A DNA stretch of 64,000 bases, taken from positions 108,750,001 to 108,814,000 of the forward strand of contig NC_086108.1 in assembly GCF_963921235.1 (NCBI RefSeq), written 5' to 3'. This document shows, one piece after another, positions 1 through 12,616 of this stretch. The translations under genes were made by a program, and so were the position numbers. The notes under the pieces were generated by a model. It saw nothing but the letters and a program-made list of their open reading frames with translations, had not been told where the DNA came from and ran no database searches. Source of the DNA: Mobula hypostoma. Lineage: Eukaryota. Each line of letters begins with the position of its first letter. Positions within the stretch are counted from its first letter, which is position 1.

Positions 1-1045
1 ACGCAGCAGGCCAGGCAGCATCTCTAAGAAGAGGTACAGTCGATGTTTCGGGCCGAGACCCTTCGTCAGGACTAACTGAAAGAAGAGCTAGTAAGACATT
101 TGAAAGTGGGAGGGGGAGGGTGAGATCGAAATGGTAGGAGAAGACAGGAGGGGGAGGGATGGAGCTAAGAGCTGGAAAGTTGATTGGCCTAGGGAGAAAT
201 AAAGGGAGAGGGGAGCCCAGAGGATGGGCAAGGAGTTATAGTGAGAGGGACAGAGGGAGAAAAAAAGAGAGAACAAATAAATAAATAAGGGATGGGGTAC
301 GAAGGGGACGTAGGGCATTAATGGAAGTTAGAGAAGTCAATGTTCATGCCATCAGGTTGGAGGCTACCCAGACGGAATATAAGGTGTTGTTCCTCCACCC
401 TGAGTGTGGCTTCATCTTGACAGTAGAGGAGGCCGTGGATAGACATTTCAGAATGGTAATGGGACGTGGAATTAAAATGTGTGGCCACTGGGAGATCCTG
501 CTTTCTCTGGCGGACAGAGCGTAGATGTTCAGCAAAGCGGTCTCCCAGTCTGCGTCGGGTCTTGCCAATATATAGAAGGCTGCATTGGGAGCACCGGACG
601 GAACCTTATATTCCACCTGGTTAGCCTCCAACCTGATGGCGTGAACATCGATTTTCCAAACTTCTGGTAATGCCCCCCCCTTCACTCTTCCCCATCCCCT
701 TTTCCCTCTCTCATTCTACCTCCTTGCCCGCCCATCGCCTCCGTCTGGCACTCCTCCCTGCTTTTCTTTCTTCATTGGCCTTCTGTCCTCTTCTGTCAGA
801 CTCCCCCTTCACCAACCCTGTATCTCCTTCTCCGTTCAACTTCCCAGCTCTTTACTTCATCCTCCCTCTTGAGGTTTCACCTTTCAGCTTGTGTTTCTCT
901 CTCTCCTCCTCCTCCACATTTCAAATCTACTCCTCAGCTTTTTTTTCTCCAGTCCTGCCCGACTTTCAGCCCGAAACCTCGACTGTACTTTTTTTTCCAC
1001 AGATGCTGCCTGGCCTGCTGAGTTCCTCCAGCATTTTGTGTGTGT
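1..1045. mobile_element. Penelope-like element (PLE) 3' end in inverted configuration: minus copy 1-600 joined to plus copy 601-1045
   Basis: The plus arm encodes the GIY-YIG C-terminal tail (NLIFHLVSLQPDGVNIDFPNFW*), then a pyrimidine-rich UTR and the terminal repeat (..agatgctgcctggcctgctgagttcctccagcattttgtgtgt). Positions 1-386 are its reverse-complement homologue. Confidence 0.8.
38..73 (-). ncRNA. Minimal type-I hammerhead ribozyme motif in PLE terminal repeat (one substitution in stem III)
   Basis: Minus strand reads AGUC-CUGACGA-A-GGG-UCUCGG-CCC-GAAA-CAUC-GACU, with stem I AGUC/GACU, both core boxes and stem II. Confidence 0.7.
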
Positions 1046-2160
1046 GACCCACATCACCCAGGTTATGCCCTGATCTCATAGCTATCATCAGGAAGGTCGC
1101 ACAGGAGTGTGAAGGCACGCACTCACCGATTCAGGAACAGCTTCTTCCCTTCTGCCATCCAACTTCTGGATGGAAACTGAACCCATGAACACTAACACAC
1201 TTTTTTTCACAAGCAAGAGAAAATCTGTCGATGCTGGAAATCCGAGCAACACACACAAACGTCTTTTTCCTACTTTTGCACTACTTATTTAATTTAACTA
1301 TTCAATAAATATAATTACTGCAATTCAAGACTTTTTCTCTATTATCATGTATTGCATTGTACTGCTGCTGCTAAGTTAACAAATTTCATGACATTCACCA
1401 GTGACATTAAACCTGATTCTGATTCTGATTCATGAAATTTGTTGGCAGCAATACATTGGAATGTATAATCATAAATACTGTGAATTACATTATGTATATA
1501 CTGTATATAGATTATATTTATATAATTGTTAAATTAATAAAGAAGTACAAAAAAGAGTAGTGAGGTAGTGCTCGTGGGTTCAATGTCCGTTCAGAAATTC
1601 GATGGCAGAGGGGAAGAAAACCGCTTCTGAATTCTTGTGTGAGTGCCTTCAGGCTTCTGTACCTCCTTCCTGATGGAAACAATGAGAAGATGGCATGTCC
1701 TGGGTGACAGGGGTCATTAGCAATGGATGCCCCCTTTTTGAAGCATCACACCTTGAAGTTGTCCTGGATGTTAGGGAGGCTAGTGCCCATGATGGAGATG
1801 ACTGACCTTGAACACCTTAACCCCATGTCCTTTAGTTTAGGATTCACTTTCCCTGAGAATAAAATCTGTGCATTCACCCCATCTATGCCACCTATTATTG
1901 TAGGCTCCACGCCACCAGCTTCAGGAACAGTTAGTACCCCTGAAGGCTCTTGAATGAGAGGGGATAACATCATTCAACTTCTCTCACCCCAGCACTGAAC
2001 TGTTCTTACAACCAATGGATTCATTCTCAAGGACTCTTCATCTGACGTTCTCAATATTTATTACTTACTTATTTATTATTATTTTGTTTATTTTTACTGT
2101 GAATGCCTGCAAGGAAATAGATCTCAGGGTTATATACAGTGATATATATGTGCTTTGATA

Positions 2161-2635
2161 ACCAATGCCTTGCAGAGGGTGGTTAGGGGAGCAGAGAAGG
2201 TTATTGGGGTCTCCCTACCTTCTGTCCAAGACCTCTTTCAGAGTCGATGCCTCCAGAAGACACGGTACATCATTAAAGACCCCTCACACCCTCTCCATGA
2301 ACTGTTTGTTCTTCTGCCATCAGGCAAATGTTACAGGAGCATCAAAACTAAAACCACAAGGCTACTAAACAGCTTCCTCCCACAGGCAGTCAGACTGCTA
2401 AATAGCTGCTCCACCTGACTCTGCTTTGGACACTTTTAACTTGCACTGGACACTTAACAACTGATTTTAACTGACATGTGGCTGTTGTGTTTTACCATTT
2501 ATTGTTATGTTTATTATTCAGTGTTGCGTTTGTTATGTTATGATTGCACTGCCCTTGAGAAACGCTGTCTCATTCTGCCCTGCAGAGCTGATGTATGGTT
2601 AGAATGACAATAAAGTTTTTTGAATCTTGAATCTT
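2161..2635 (+). mobile_element. Rex1/Babar-type LINE 3' fragment
   Basis: ORF 2155-2418 (LQRVVRGAEKVIG..IIKDPSHPLHELFVLLPSGKCYRSIKTKTTRLLNSFLPQAVRLLN) resembles the Rex1 ORF C-terminus. It is followed by AATAAA and a (TTGAATC)n tail. Confidence 0.8.
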
Positions 2636-4125
2636 TGAATTTACTCTAAGCTTTGAACTTTCATCTTTGATAAGGTCACCCCTCAGTCTGTTTCACTCCA
2701 TGAATAAAGTCCTAACCTGCCCACCCTCTCTCTATAACTCAGGCACTTGAGTCCGAGCAGCATTCTTCTAAATCTTTGCGCACCACATGAGCAAGGAATT
2801 TCATTGTGCCGTGGCGTATATCATAATAATTTAATCTGAATCTGATTGTAATCAAGATCACATGATCTTGATTAGTAATGGTATTAAAGGTTATAGGGAG
2901 AAGGCAAGAGAATCGGGCTGAGAGAGATACTAAATTAGCCATGACGGAATAACGAAGCAGACTTGATGGGCCAAATGGCCTAATTCAGCTCCTGTGTCTT
3001 ATGGTCTAACACACACACACTCAAAATTCAGCCATGGTTGTTTTCTAACATCTCTTTTACCTTGAGGCCAAATTTTACCTTGTGGTTTTTGTCTTAAGTG
3101 TTTATAGGAACAAAGTGAGCTATGTATTTTGTCCACCTGCTTCACAAGCCCAAATCTGGTGTTGGCAGGACACATACCAGGAGCTGTATCAGAGATTTAT
3201 GCTGCTAAGCTGCTTAATATTAATTACTTTTAACATTAAACTGTAAAGCATAGTACAAGCCCTTTGGCACATGAAGATTGCTGACATTTTTAACCTGCTC
3301 TTAGCAGGACGCTGCCTGGATTAGGGAGCATGTTGTATGAGGATAGGTTGACTGAACTAGGGCTTCTCTCTTTGAAGTGAGGGGAATGAGAAGTGACTTG
3401 GTTGAGATGCACAAATCAGAATCAGAATTAGAACCAGGTTTAATATCACTGTCATTAGTCGTGAAATTTGTTGTTTTGCGTCAACAGTACAATGCAATAC
3501 AAAATAATAAAAAACTAGGGGTGGTGTACGTGTGTATTTTTCCCTCAATCTCAGGTCCTCTACCAGAGGCATGGGAGCTTGAGGGTTTGCACAGTATCGT
3601 TGCTGTTCCTAGTAGCGTGCTCTCCTGGACCGAGGTCTCAGATGTTGTTGCCAGAATTTGGTGGAGCCACCCTCCCAGTCCCGGTGTCACAGCTCCAATT
3701 GCTCCCACCACCACCAGATGAGAGTCAGACTCCTGTACCTCCTCCTCCTTGATGAGAGCAGTGAGAAGAGGGCATGACCCGGGTGATGTGAGTTTTTCAT
3801 GAAGAACGCTGCCTTTTTGATGCATAGTCTTTTGAGGGTGTTCTGGATGCTGCAGAGGCTAGTGCCCATGATGGATCTGGCTGAGTTTACAACTTTGTGC
3901 AGCTTTGTCTGATCCTGTATAGTGGCTCCTCCATACCAGATGGTGATGCACCAGTTAGAACGCTCTCCACGACACACTGTAGAAATTAGTGAGTGTCTTT
4001 GGTGACATTTCAAATCTCCTCAAACTCCGAATAAGTATGGCCACTGATGTGCCTTCTTTGTAATTGCATCAAAATGTTGGACACAGGATGGTTCTTCAGA
4101 GATGTTAACACCCCGGAACGTGAAA

Positions 4126-4378
4126 TTTATTTAGTTATTGAGATACAGCATGGAATAGGCCCTTCTGGTCTTTCGAGCGTGCCACACAACAAACCCCAGT
4201 TTAACTCTAACCCACCAACCTGAATGTCTTTGGACTGTGGATGGAAATTGGAGCACCTGGAGGAATTCCACGGGGTCATGGGAAGAATGTACAAACTACT
4301 TACAGACCGTGGCAGGAATTGAACCCGGTTTGCTGGTATTGTAAAGTGAAGCGCTAACAACGACGCTACCGTGCCGCC
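4126..4378 (-). mobile_element. tRNA-derived V-SINE (HE1-like)
   Basis: Minus strand has a GGCGGCACGGTAGC head, a GGTTCAATTCC B-box, a V-domain-like core (..tcctccaggtgctccaatttccatccacagtccaaagac..) and a (TAAA)n tail. Related copies lie near 11010, 27425, 38987, 40210, 59240 and 63330. Confidence 0.75.
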
Positions 4379-4579
4379 GAAAACTCGTCACTCTTTCCAC
4401 TGCTGATCCCTCAATGAGAACTGGTGTGCGTCTCCTCAACGTCCCCTTCCTGAAGTCCACAATCAACTCCTTGCTCTCACTGACATTGAGGGCAATGTGG
4501 TTTTGTGACACCACTCAACCTGTTGATTTATATTTCTCCCACATGCCCCCTCATCACCATCTGAAATTCCATCAACAAT

Positions 4580-5190
4580 AAACAGAGGAAATTCTGCAGA
4601 TGCTAGAAATCCAAAGCAACCCACACAAAATGCTGAAGGAACTCAGCAAGAGTGGCAGCGTCTGCGAAAATTAACTGCCGACGTTTTGGGCTCAGACCCT
4701 TCTTCATGACTGGAAGATGCCAGAATAAAATGGTGGGGGGAAGGAAAAGACGATAGTTAGAAGGTGATAGGTGAAGCCAGGCGGGCAGGAAAGGTAAAGG
4801 GCTAGAGAAGAAGGAAGCTGATAGGATAGGAGAATAGATCATAGGAGAAAGGAAGGAAGAGGGTACCCAGGGGAAGTGATATGCAAGTGAGAAGAGGCAA
4901 GAGTCCAAGTTGGGGAATAACAGAGGGGAGAGGGAGGAAATTTTTTTACTGGAAGGAAAAATCTATATTCATGCCATCAGGTTGGAAGCTACTCAGATGG
5001 AATATAAGATGTTGCTCCCCCACCCTGAGGGAGGCCTCATCGTGGACTGACATGCCAGTATGGGCACGGGAATTGGAACTAAATATGGAAATTCCTCTTT
5101 TGACAGATGGAGCCGAGGTGCTTGAGGGCCTGGTCTCACCAATGTGGAGGAGGTCACATTGGAAGCACCGGATACAATTGATGACTCCAA
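4580..5190 (-). mobile_element. PLE 3' fragment with decayed hammerhead motif
   Basis: Homologous to 1-600. The terminal repeat is at 4580-4715, with a mutated core (AUGAAGA..CAAAACGUC). Confidence 0.7.
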
Positions 5191-6351
5191 CAGTTCATCA
5201 TCACCAAATTCATAGATGGCATCTGAACTGTGCCAAGCCACACAGTCATCGATGTAGAGAGAGTAGAGCAGTGGGCTAAGCACACACTCCTGTGATGTAC
5301 CAGTGTTGATTGTCAGTGAAGAGGAGATGTTATCTTTGATCCGCATAGAGTGTGGTCTCCCAGTGAGGAAGTCATCAAAATCATAGATTGAGTAGACATC
5401 CAGGGCCTTTTTTCCATGCCAGAATAGCTAAGATGAGGGTGTGGGGTCATAATTTTATGGTGATTTGAGGAATATATAAGGGGGGGGGAAGGTCCGAGGT
5501 AAGTTCTTTACACAGAGAGAGTTGAGTGTGTGGAACACAATTCGGGGGGTGGTGGTAGAGGCAGATTCATTAGGGACACTTAAGAGACTCTCAGTCAAGC
5601 ACATGGATGATAAAAAACGGAGGGTTATGTGGGAGGGAAGGGTTAAATTGATCTTGGCTGAATCAGAGGAGGTGATGAATCAGCATACTGGAGGAAGTTT
5701 GAAAAGCAGGTTGAATGGTGCCACTACAACATCCTGTCACTCAACATCAGGAAAACCAAAGAACATTGTTCCAGATTCCCAGCATCTGGAGAATCTCTTG
5801 AGCTTATAAACCGCAAAGACATAATTTTAAGGTGATTGGAGGAAAGGATAGGAGAGATGGCAGTGGTAGTTTTTTTTACACAGAGAGTGGTGAGTGTGTG
5901 GAATTGTCTGCAGGGGCAATGGTGGAGGCAGATACATTAGGGACACTTAAAAAACTCATAGCGAGACACATGGATGAAGGAAAATGGATGATTATGTAGG
6001 AAGGAACTGTTAGATTGATCTGAGAATAGGTTTAAAAGTTGGCAGAACATTGTGGGCAGAAAGGACTGTACTGTTCTATGTTCACAAGAGATTCTGCAGG
6101 TGCTGGAAATCCACAGCAACGCACACAAAGTGCTGGGGGAGCTCAGCAGGTCAGGCAGCATCTATGGAGAGGAGTAGATATCAGATCATAAGATCATAAG
6201 ACACAGGAGCAGAATTTGACTATTCGGTCCATCAATTCTGCTCTGTCATTCCATCATGATTTATTGTCCCTCTCAACCCCATTCGCCTGCCTTCTCCTTG
6301 TAACCTTTGAACCCTTTACTAACCAACAACTTATCAGCCTCTGCTTTAAAT

Positions 6352-7030
6352 GGGGGGAGGAGAAGATGGCGGTGCGACACAGCGCGCAGGACTTCTCCGG
6401 TGAATGATATCGTATTTGTAAGTAGGATGCCGTGCACAATCCTGATTTGATGGAGACGGACGTGAAAAGCACAGAGGAACATCTGGAGAAACTTCTGAAA
6501 TGCCCGGTTCGCTGCCGCTGCTACTGTGCGATCGAGAATCTCCGGAGGGGAAGGCCCCAAATCCTTGGCTTTGCCTGTTGCCTGTTGCTGGGGCCGGGGT
6601 CGAAGCGCTCGGCAGAGATGGTGCTCGGTGCTCGGTGTCGGACGGCTGGTTGGAGGCTCGAAGTTTTCAGACGGACTGAGAGTCGGACTGTGGTCGGGTG
6701 CTTCCAGGATGCTGCATCGGCAAGTTTGTGGCGTTGGAAACTCATGGCAGGGAGAGTTTTTTTCCTTCATCCGTCTGCGTGAGACATTGGGACTTTTGAG
6801 AGACCTTGTGACTTTTTTTATGGTGCCCATGGTCTGTTCTATCAAATTACGGTATTGCTTATAATGTTGTAACTATATGTTATAATTATGTGGTTTTTGT
6901 CAGTTTTTCAGTCTTGGTCTGTCCTGTGTTTCTGTGATATCACACTGGAGAAACATTATATCATTTCTTAATGCAAGCATTACTAAATGACAATAAAAGA
7001 GGACTGTATGTCCTCATAATCTAATCTAAT
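6352..7030 (+). mobile_element. ~680-bp non-autonomous retroelement (AAGATGGCG 5' end, (AATCT)n tail)
   Basis: It splits the CR1 sequence ctgctttaaat|atacccagtg. 5'-truncated copies lie at 10438-10908 (+) and 27725-28257 (-). Confidence 0.75.
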
Positions 7031-7102
7031 ATACCCAGTGACTTGGCCTCCACAGCTGTCTGTGTCAATGAATTCCACAGATTCATCACCCTCTGGATAA
7101 AG

Positions 7103-7181
7103 CAAATGTTCCCAACCTTTCCCTTCCATGGACCAATACCATTAAGCAAGGGCTCTGTGTACTGCAGGTTGGGAACCCCTG
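7103..7181. mobile_element. ~80-bp hAT (Charlie-like) MITE
   Basis: TIRs caaatgttcccaacct / aggttgggaacccctg; degenerate 8-bp TSD ggataaag/gtctaaag. Confidence 0.65.
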
Positions 7182-9218
7182 GTCTAAAGAAATTCCTTCT
7201 CGTCTCTGTTCTAATTTGACATCCCTCTTTTCTGACACTGTGCCCTATGAACCTAGATTCCTCCACGATAGGAAATGTTCTCTCCACGTCCCTTCTATCT
7301 AATCCTTTCAATATTCGATAGGTTTATTTGAGATCCTTCCTCACTTCTAAAAAAGCAGTGAGTACAGGCCTAGAGGCATTAAACACGCCTCATGTGTTAA
7401 TCTTACATTCCCAAGATCATTCTTGTGAGCCTCCTCTGACTCTCCCCAATACCAGCACATCCTTTAATAATAGGGCCCAAAACAGCTCATAGTTTTCCAA
7501 GCTCGATCTAGCCAATGCCTTATAAAGCCTTGCTTCCATATTCTAGTCCCCTTGAAATAATACTAACTTTCCATTTGCCTTCCTTACCACCAACTCAACC
7601 TGCAAGTTAACCTGTAGGGAATCCTGCACTGGAACGCCGAAGTCTCTTTGCATCAAACAGTTGATGTTTTGGACCAAGATCCTTCAACGGGTCTCATCTG
7701 CATCAGGCTCTATGTTCCAGCTCCAGAATCTGACTGAGGCATGAGAAAAGCTCGAGGGAATCAGGAATGATAAAGATAAATGGCCTCTTTTAGCCCTTCG
7801 CTCTCCGAACCTTGCACTTGCATGCTTCGTGTTTCAATGTGTTTCTGTTTCAGTGTTTTGTGTGTTCTGGGACAAGAGATTGATGGGTGCAATTCCTTTT
7901 TTTCTTATTCCATTCTCCTAATTGTCCCAGTCAGGGACGAAAAGCAGAGACATGGAATGATGACATATTTCCACTATAAGCCTCTTGTAGCTTCAGATTC
8001 TTCCACCAGCTGCCTAACCCGATTAAACTCTTTGATACTGTTTAGGCATTAGCCTCGAGGACTGCTCTTAATCTGCCCTCCTGCTGTTGCACATCACAGG
8101 GATCTCAGGCGGCTTCTGTGCAGAATATCTAATAGATATTCCGTGCACCCATCACTCTACGTGTAAAAAACATCCCTAGTGTATCACTCGCCCTCCACTC
8201 TCTGCGTAAAAAACCTACCTCTGACATCTCCCCTGTACTTTTCTCCAATCACCGTAAGATTATGACCTTTGCTTTTGTATTCTATTCCTATCGAAATGAA
8301 TGCTAACATTGCATCCGCCTTCCTCATCACCGAGCTTGTCCATCCTCTCCTTATGGCTCATACCCTCTCATGCTCCATCAAAAGCATCCTATCTGGAATC
8401 ATCACGGCTTGGTACGACAAATACTCTGCCAGTGAAGACAAGAAATTGCAGAGTTGTGGACACACAGCTTAGCATATCATGGAAACCAGCCCTCACTCTA
8501 TAGTCTCTGTCCATACTTCTGACGGCCTTGGTAAACAGTGAACCCATCCATCCCAGTCATTCCCTCTTCTGCCCCCACCCATTGTTTAGATTGGATTTTC
8601 CCACTTGTTCTAAACCCTGATTTTGGATAACCTTCTTCACTGGAGGCTAAACCATTAATTTTGATGTCATCTGAAAACCTATTAACCATGTCTCCTGTTT
8701 TCTCATCCAAATTATTCATATAATTATTGTTACTATAATATAAATGTAAGTAATTATCCAACTGCCAGTCCCTTGTGTGTCTCTCCGAGTAATTATCCAA
8801 TTTCTTTTTGGAGGCTACAGCCAAACTTGCTCTCACAAATTATTCATCCCGAGAGTACAAAAACCATGGCAAGATGTGTAAAAGTTTCCTTTTCCCAAGT
8901 CCTGATCACCTGAAAATGAAGTTCTCTGTCAACCTGTTCCTCTAACCATTGACCTCTGATTATTGCCATCTGACATAATGAATCCTTTGCTTAGGATGAG
9001 AATGACCCCAGTCAGTTTGGATTGGCAAAAACATCTCCTCCACATTCACCATCAGCACAGGTGGACCACAAGGTTCTGTGCTTAGCCCCCTGCTCTATTA
9101 CTTATCTATTTATCCATCTGTCTATCTATTTATTCACTTACTTTTATTGTATTTGCACAATTTGTTTTCTTTTGCACAAAACCATGACAAATGTTTTGTG
9201 GCAGTAGTACAGTGCAAT

Positions 9219-9905
9219 ATTCCATCCGGGGGGCAGTGTGGACATGGTGGAGGATTACAAATACCTGGGGGTATGAATTGACAATAATCTGGACTGGTCA
9301 AAGAACACTGAGGCTGTCTACAAGAAGGGTCAGAGCCGTCTCTATTTCCTGAGGAGACTGAGGTCCTTTAACATCTGCCGGACGATGCTGAGGATGTTCT
9401 AGGAGTCTGTGGTGGCCAGTGCTATCATGTTTGCTGTTGTGTGCTGGGGCAGCAGGCTGAGGGTAGCAGACACCAACAGAATCAACAAATTCATTCATAA
9501 GGCCAGTGACGTTGTGGGGATGGAACTGGACTCTCTGACGGTGGTGTCTGAAAAGAGGATGCTGTCTAAGTTGCATGCCATCTTGGATAATGTCTCCCAT
9601 CCACTACATAATGTACTGGTTGGGCACAGGAGTACATTCAGCCAGAGACTCATTCCACCGAGATGCAACACAGAGTGTCATAGGAAGTCATTCCTGCCTG
9701 TGGCCATCAAACTTTACAACTCCTCCCTTGGAGGGTCAGACACCCTGAGCCAATAGGCCGGTCCTGGACTTATTTCCTGGCATAATTTACATATTACTAT
9801 TTAACTATTTATGGTTCTATTACTATTTATTATTTATGATGCAACTGTAACGAAAACCAATTTCCTCCGGGATCAGTAAAGTATGACTATGACTATGACT
9901 ATTAT
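9219..9905 (+). mobile_element. Young Rex1-family LINE, 5'-truncated, (TATGAC)n tail
   Basis: ORF 9409-9756 (VASAIMFAVVCWGSRLRVADTNRINK..RKSFLPVAIKLYNSS); 11-bp TSD tacagtgcaat at 9208-9218 and 9906-9916. Confidence 0.9.
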
Positions 9906-10437
9906 TACAGTGCAATGCAAAAGTGTTAGGTGCCCTAGCTATATACTACATACTATATACGTGCCGAAGACGATTCCACAATACTGTACGTGTGACAGAT
10001 AAAGCTAATCTTTATCTGAGCAAAAACAAAGAAGGTGCAGAAGGAAGACAAAGATTCTTGCCGAATGGTTGTCTTTATCTTGAAAACTAGCTCAAACCGT
10101 ACAGATAAGAAAATTCCTTTGAATTAAACAACCGATGAGACTGTTTGGTTTATGCTGGTGTGAACACTGTTATCTGATGGCCATGTGCCTGTGATGCGCT
10201 GCAAGTCAGTTTTGCATTGAACCTGTGCACACGTGTACTTGTGAATTTGGCAATGAACTTGACTTGACATTGACTTTGCTTGCACAGACAGAGATGTTAG
10301 TTTCGGACATTATTCTAGGGAGTGCACACTGACCAATAAACACTCGTTTCTTGACAAGAACAAGACTACACTTTTGGGAGAAATACAACTGTACTTGCCT
10401 GATGATTAGCATTTCTGTTCAAGGTTCAAAGTAAATT

Positions 10438-10908
10438 TGTTGCTACTGTGCGATCAAGAATCTCCGGAGGGTAGGCCCCAAAATCCCCGGCTTTGCCTGC
10501 TGCTGGCGACCGAGGTTGAGGTCGATCCGTTCGGATAGAGATGGCGCTCGGTACTCGGTGTCGGAGGGCTGATCAGAGCTCGAAGTTTTCGGACGACTCA
10601 GAGTTGGACTGTGGTCGGGCATGGCAGGGAGAGTTTTTTTCCTTCTCCCGTCTGCGTGAGACATGGGACTTTCGAGAAACTTCGAACTTTTTTACTGTGC
10701 TCATGGACTGTTCTTCATCAAGTTATGGTATTGTTGCACTGTTGTAACTATATGTTATAATTCTGTGGTTTTGTTAGTGTTTCAGTCTTGGTCTGTCCTG
10801 TGTTTCTGTGATATCACACCGGAGGAATATTATATCATTTCTTAATGCATGCATCACTAAATGACAATAAAAGAGGACTGCGTGTCCTCATAATCTAATC
10901 TAATCTAA
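10438..10908 (+). mobile_element. 5'-truncated copy of the 6352-7030 non-autonomous element
   Basis: Collinear with 6519-7030 and carries the same aataaaagaggactg..cataatctaatctaat tail. Confidence 0.8.
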
Positions 10909-12616
10909 TAAATTTAAATTTCACAGTAAACTCATTATCAAAGTATATATATGTTACTATATACTACATTGAGATTCATTTTCCTGCAAACGTTTTTTTA
11001 AATATAAATAAAGCACAGTAGCAGGTCCTTCTGGGCCAAAGAGCTCACGTCACACAATTACACCCATATCACCAATTAACCTACTAACCCATACACTTTC
11101 GGAATGTGGGAGGAAACTGGAGCACCCGGAGGAAACTCAGGCAGTCACAGGGAGAACGTACAAAGTCCTTACAGATACAGCGGAATTGAACCGCAGTCAC
11201 TGGTGCTGTAATAGCATTCTGCTACCTGGTACTCTCTGATGCAAAAGTTAGGTTTATACAGGAAAAATAAAGAAATACAGCAAAGTTTATGAGAAATTAT
11301 ACATAAACAAAGACTGACAAACCACCAATGTGCAAAATAAAAACAAATGGTGCAAATATAAAAACATAATATTAAGAGCAGGGGTTGTAGAGTACATAAA
11401 ACCATATACAGTATAGAAGTACGTGAATAGTGTGTGTCATCATGGCCACCACACCATAAGGGCAAGTCTTGCTTAAAGTAAAAATGAAAATACGGCACGT
11501 ATTTCTGGCTCCATGTTTTTTTACAATTAGTTTTATGCTTTGGAGTTACAAAATGTAACGGTATAGGGATCAATTTGCTAGATGAAGCAGTTAAGGAAGC
11601 TACAATAACATTTAAAAGACACTGCGACAGATACTGCTCATGGTCGGGAACTACTTAGCGGGGTACGCGCCGAGCGCAGGAACATGGCAATAATTTGCAT
11701 AGACATCACTGTCAGCATGGATGAGTTGCCATGAGGAACAAAGTAAGAACTTAAGACATAAGAGCAGAACCTCCATCTTAAATATACCCAATGACTTGGA
11801 CTTGGTTAGAATCCATAGGATGTGGAATCAATTCAGTGTTGAGGTGAGTGAAGTTATCCACGCTGGTTCAGGAGCAGAATGGTTGAAAAGTAATAACTGT
11901 TCCTGAACCTGGTGGCATGGGAGCTGAGGCTTCTGTACTCCCTGCTCATGGCAGCAGTGAGAAGAGATCATGACCTGATGGGGAGGGTCTTTGATGATAG
12001 ATACTGTTTTCTTGTGACAGCACTCCTTGGTGAAGTGTTTAAGCCTTATTTTAAGTATTCACCACTACCCACAAGCGTTTCTTGTGATCAACCCTGGAAC
12101 ATCTCTTGTTTATCATATGTATAAATATTTTGGATGAAAGTGTAGCTGGTCTGATTAATAACATTGCAGCCGACACAAAGTGGAGTGGAGTTGTGCATTG
12201 TTAGGGAGGTTGTCAAAGGGCATAGTAGGACCAGTTGAAACTGTGGGCAGAAAAAGTGGCGGATAGTTTAACCTGGACAAGTGGGCGATATTGTGATGTC
12301 AAATGTAAGAGGAATATTTACAGTAAGCTGCAGGACCTTTAGGAATAATGATGTACAGAGGGACCTTGCGATGTAAGCCCATAGTTCCCTGAAAGAAGCA
12401 ACCCAGGTCAGTGGCACTGTAGTGTAGCGGTTAACAAAACACTACTGAAGTACCATGTTCAATTCAGCTGATTTCTGTAAGGAGCTCTTCACGTGACTGG
12501 TGGCTTTACTCCGGTACCCTGGTGTCCTCCCACATTTTAAGTACGGTTTAGGGTTAATGACTATATTGGCTCCGGAAGCATAGCAGCACTTGCAGGCTTC
12601 TCAGCACAATCCCCAC

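Larger units (their letters stand above)
3720..5375 (-). mobile_element. Decayed Rex1/Babar LINE interrupted by a SINE and a PLE fragment
   Basis: Minus ORFs [42 protein letters not shown] and WYGGATIQDQTKLHKVV form a collinear RT C-terminal half. Confidence 0.8.
6183..7650 (-). mobile_element. CR1 LINE 3' end (decayed) with two nested insertions
   Basis: Minus ORF KGLDRRDVERTFPIVEESR..GHSVRKEG..RRNFF..QRVMNLWNSL; an (ATCATAAG)n tail is seen on plus at 6185. Confidence 0.75.

Noticed and set aside
1561..1570. let-7-like seed TGAGGTAG (also near 45097)
   Set aside because: It is part of a recurrent LINE 3'UTR, with no let-7 mature sequence or hairpin.
3078..3182. Possible 105-nt minus-strand exon (APGMCPANTRFGLVKQVDKIHSSLCSYKHLRQKPQ) ending at a GTAAAA donor
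   Set aside because: The acceptor is weak, the peptide is unrecognised and there are no partner exons. An open frame this short is expected by chance.
6273..6864. Overlapping ORFs up to 190 aa
   Set aside because: They lie in the GC-rich non-autonomous element, and the frames are not preserved in the sister copies at 10438 and 27725.
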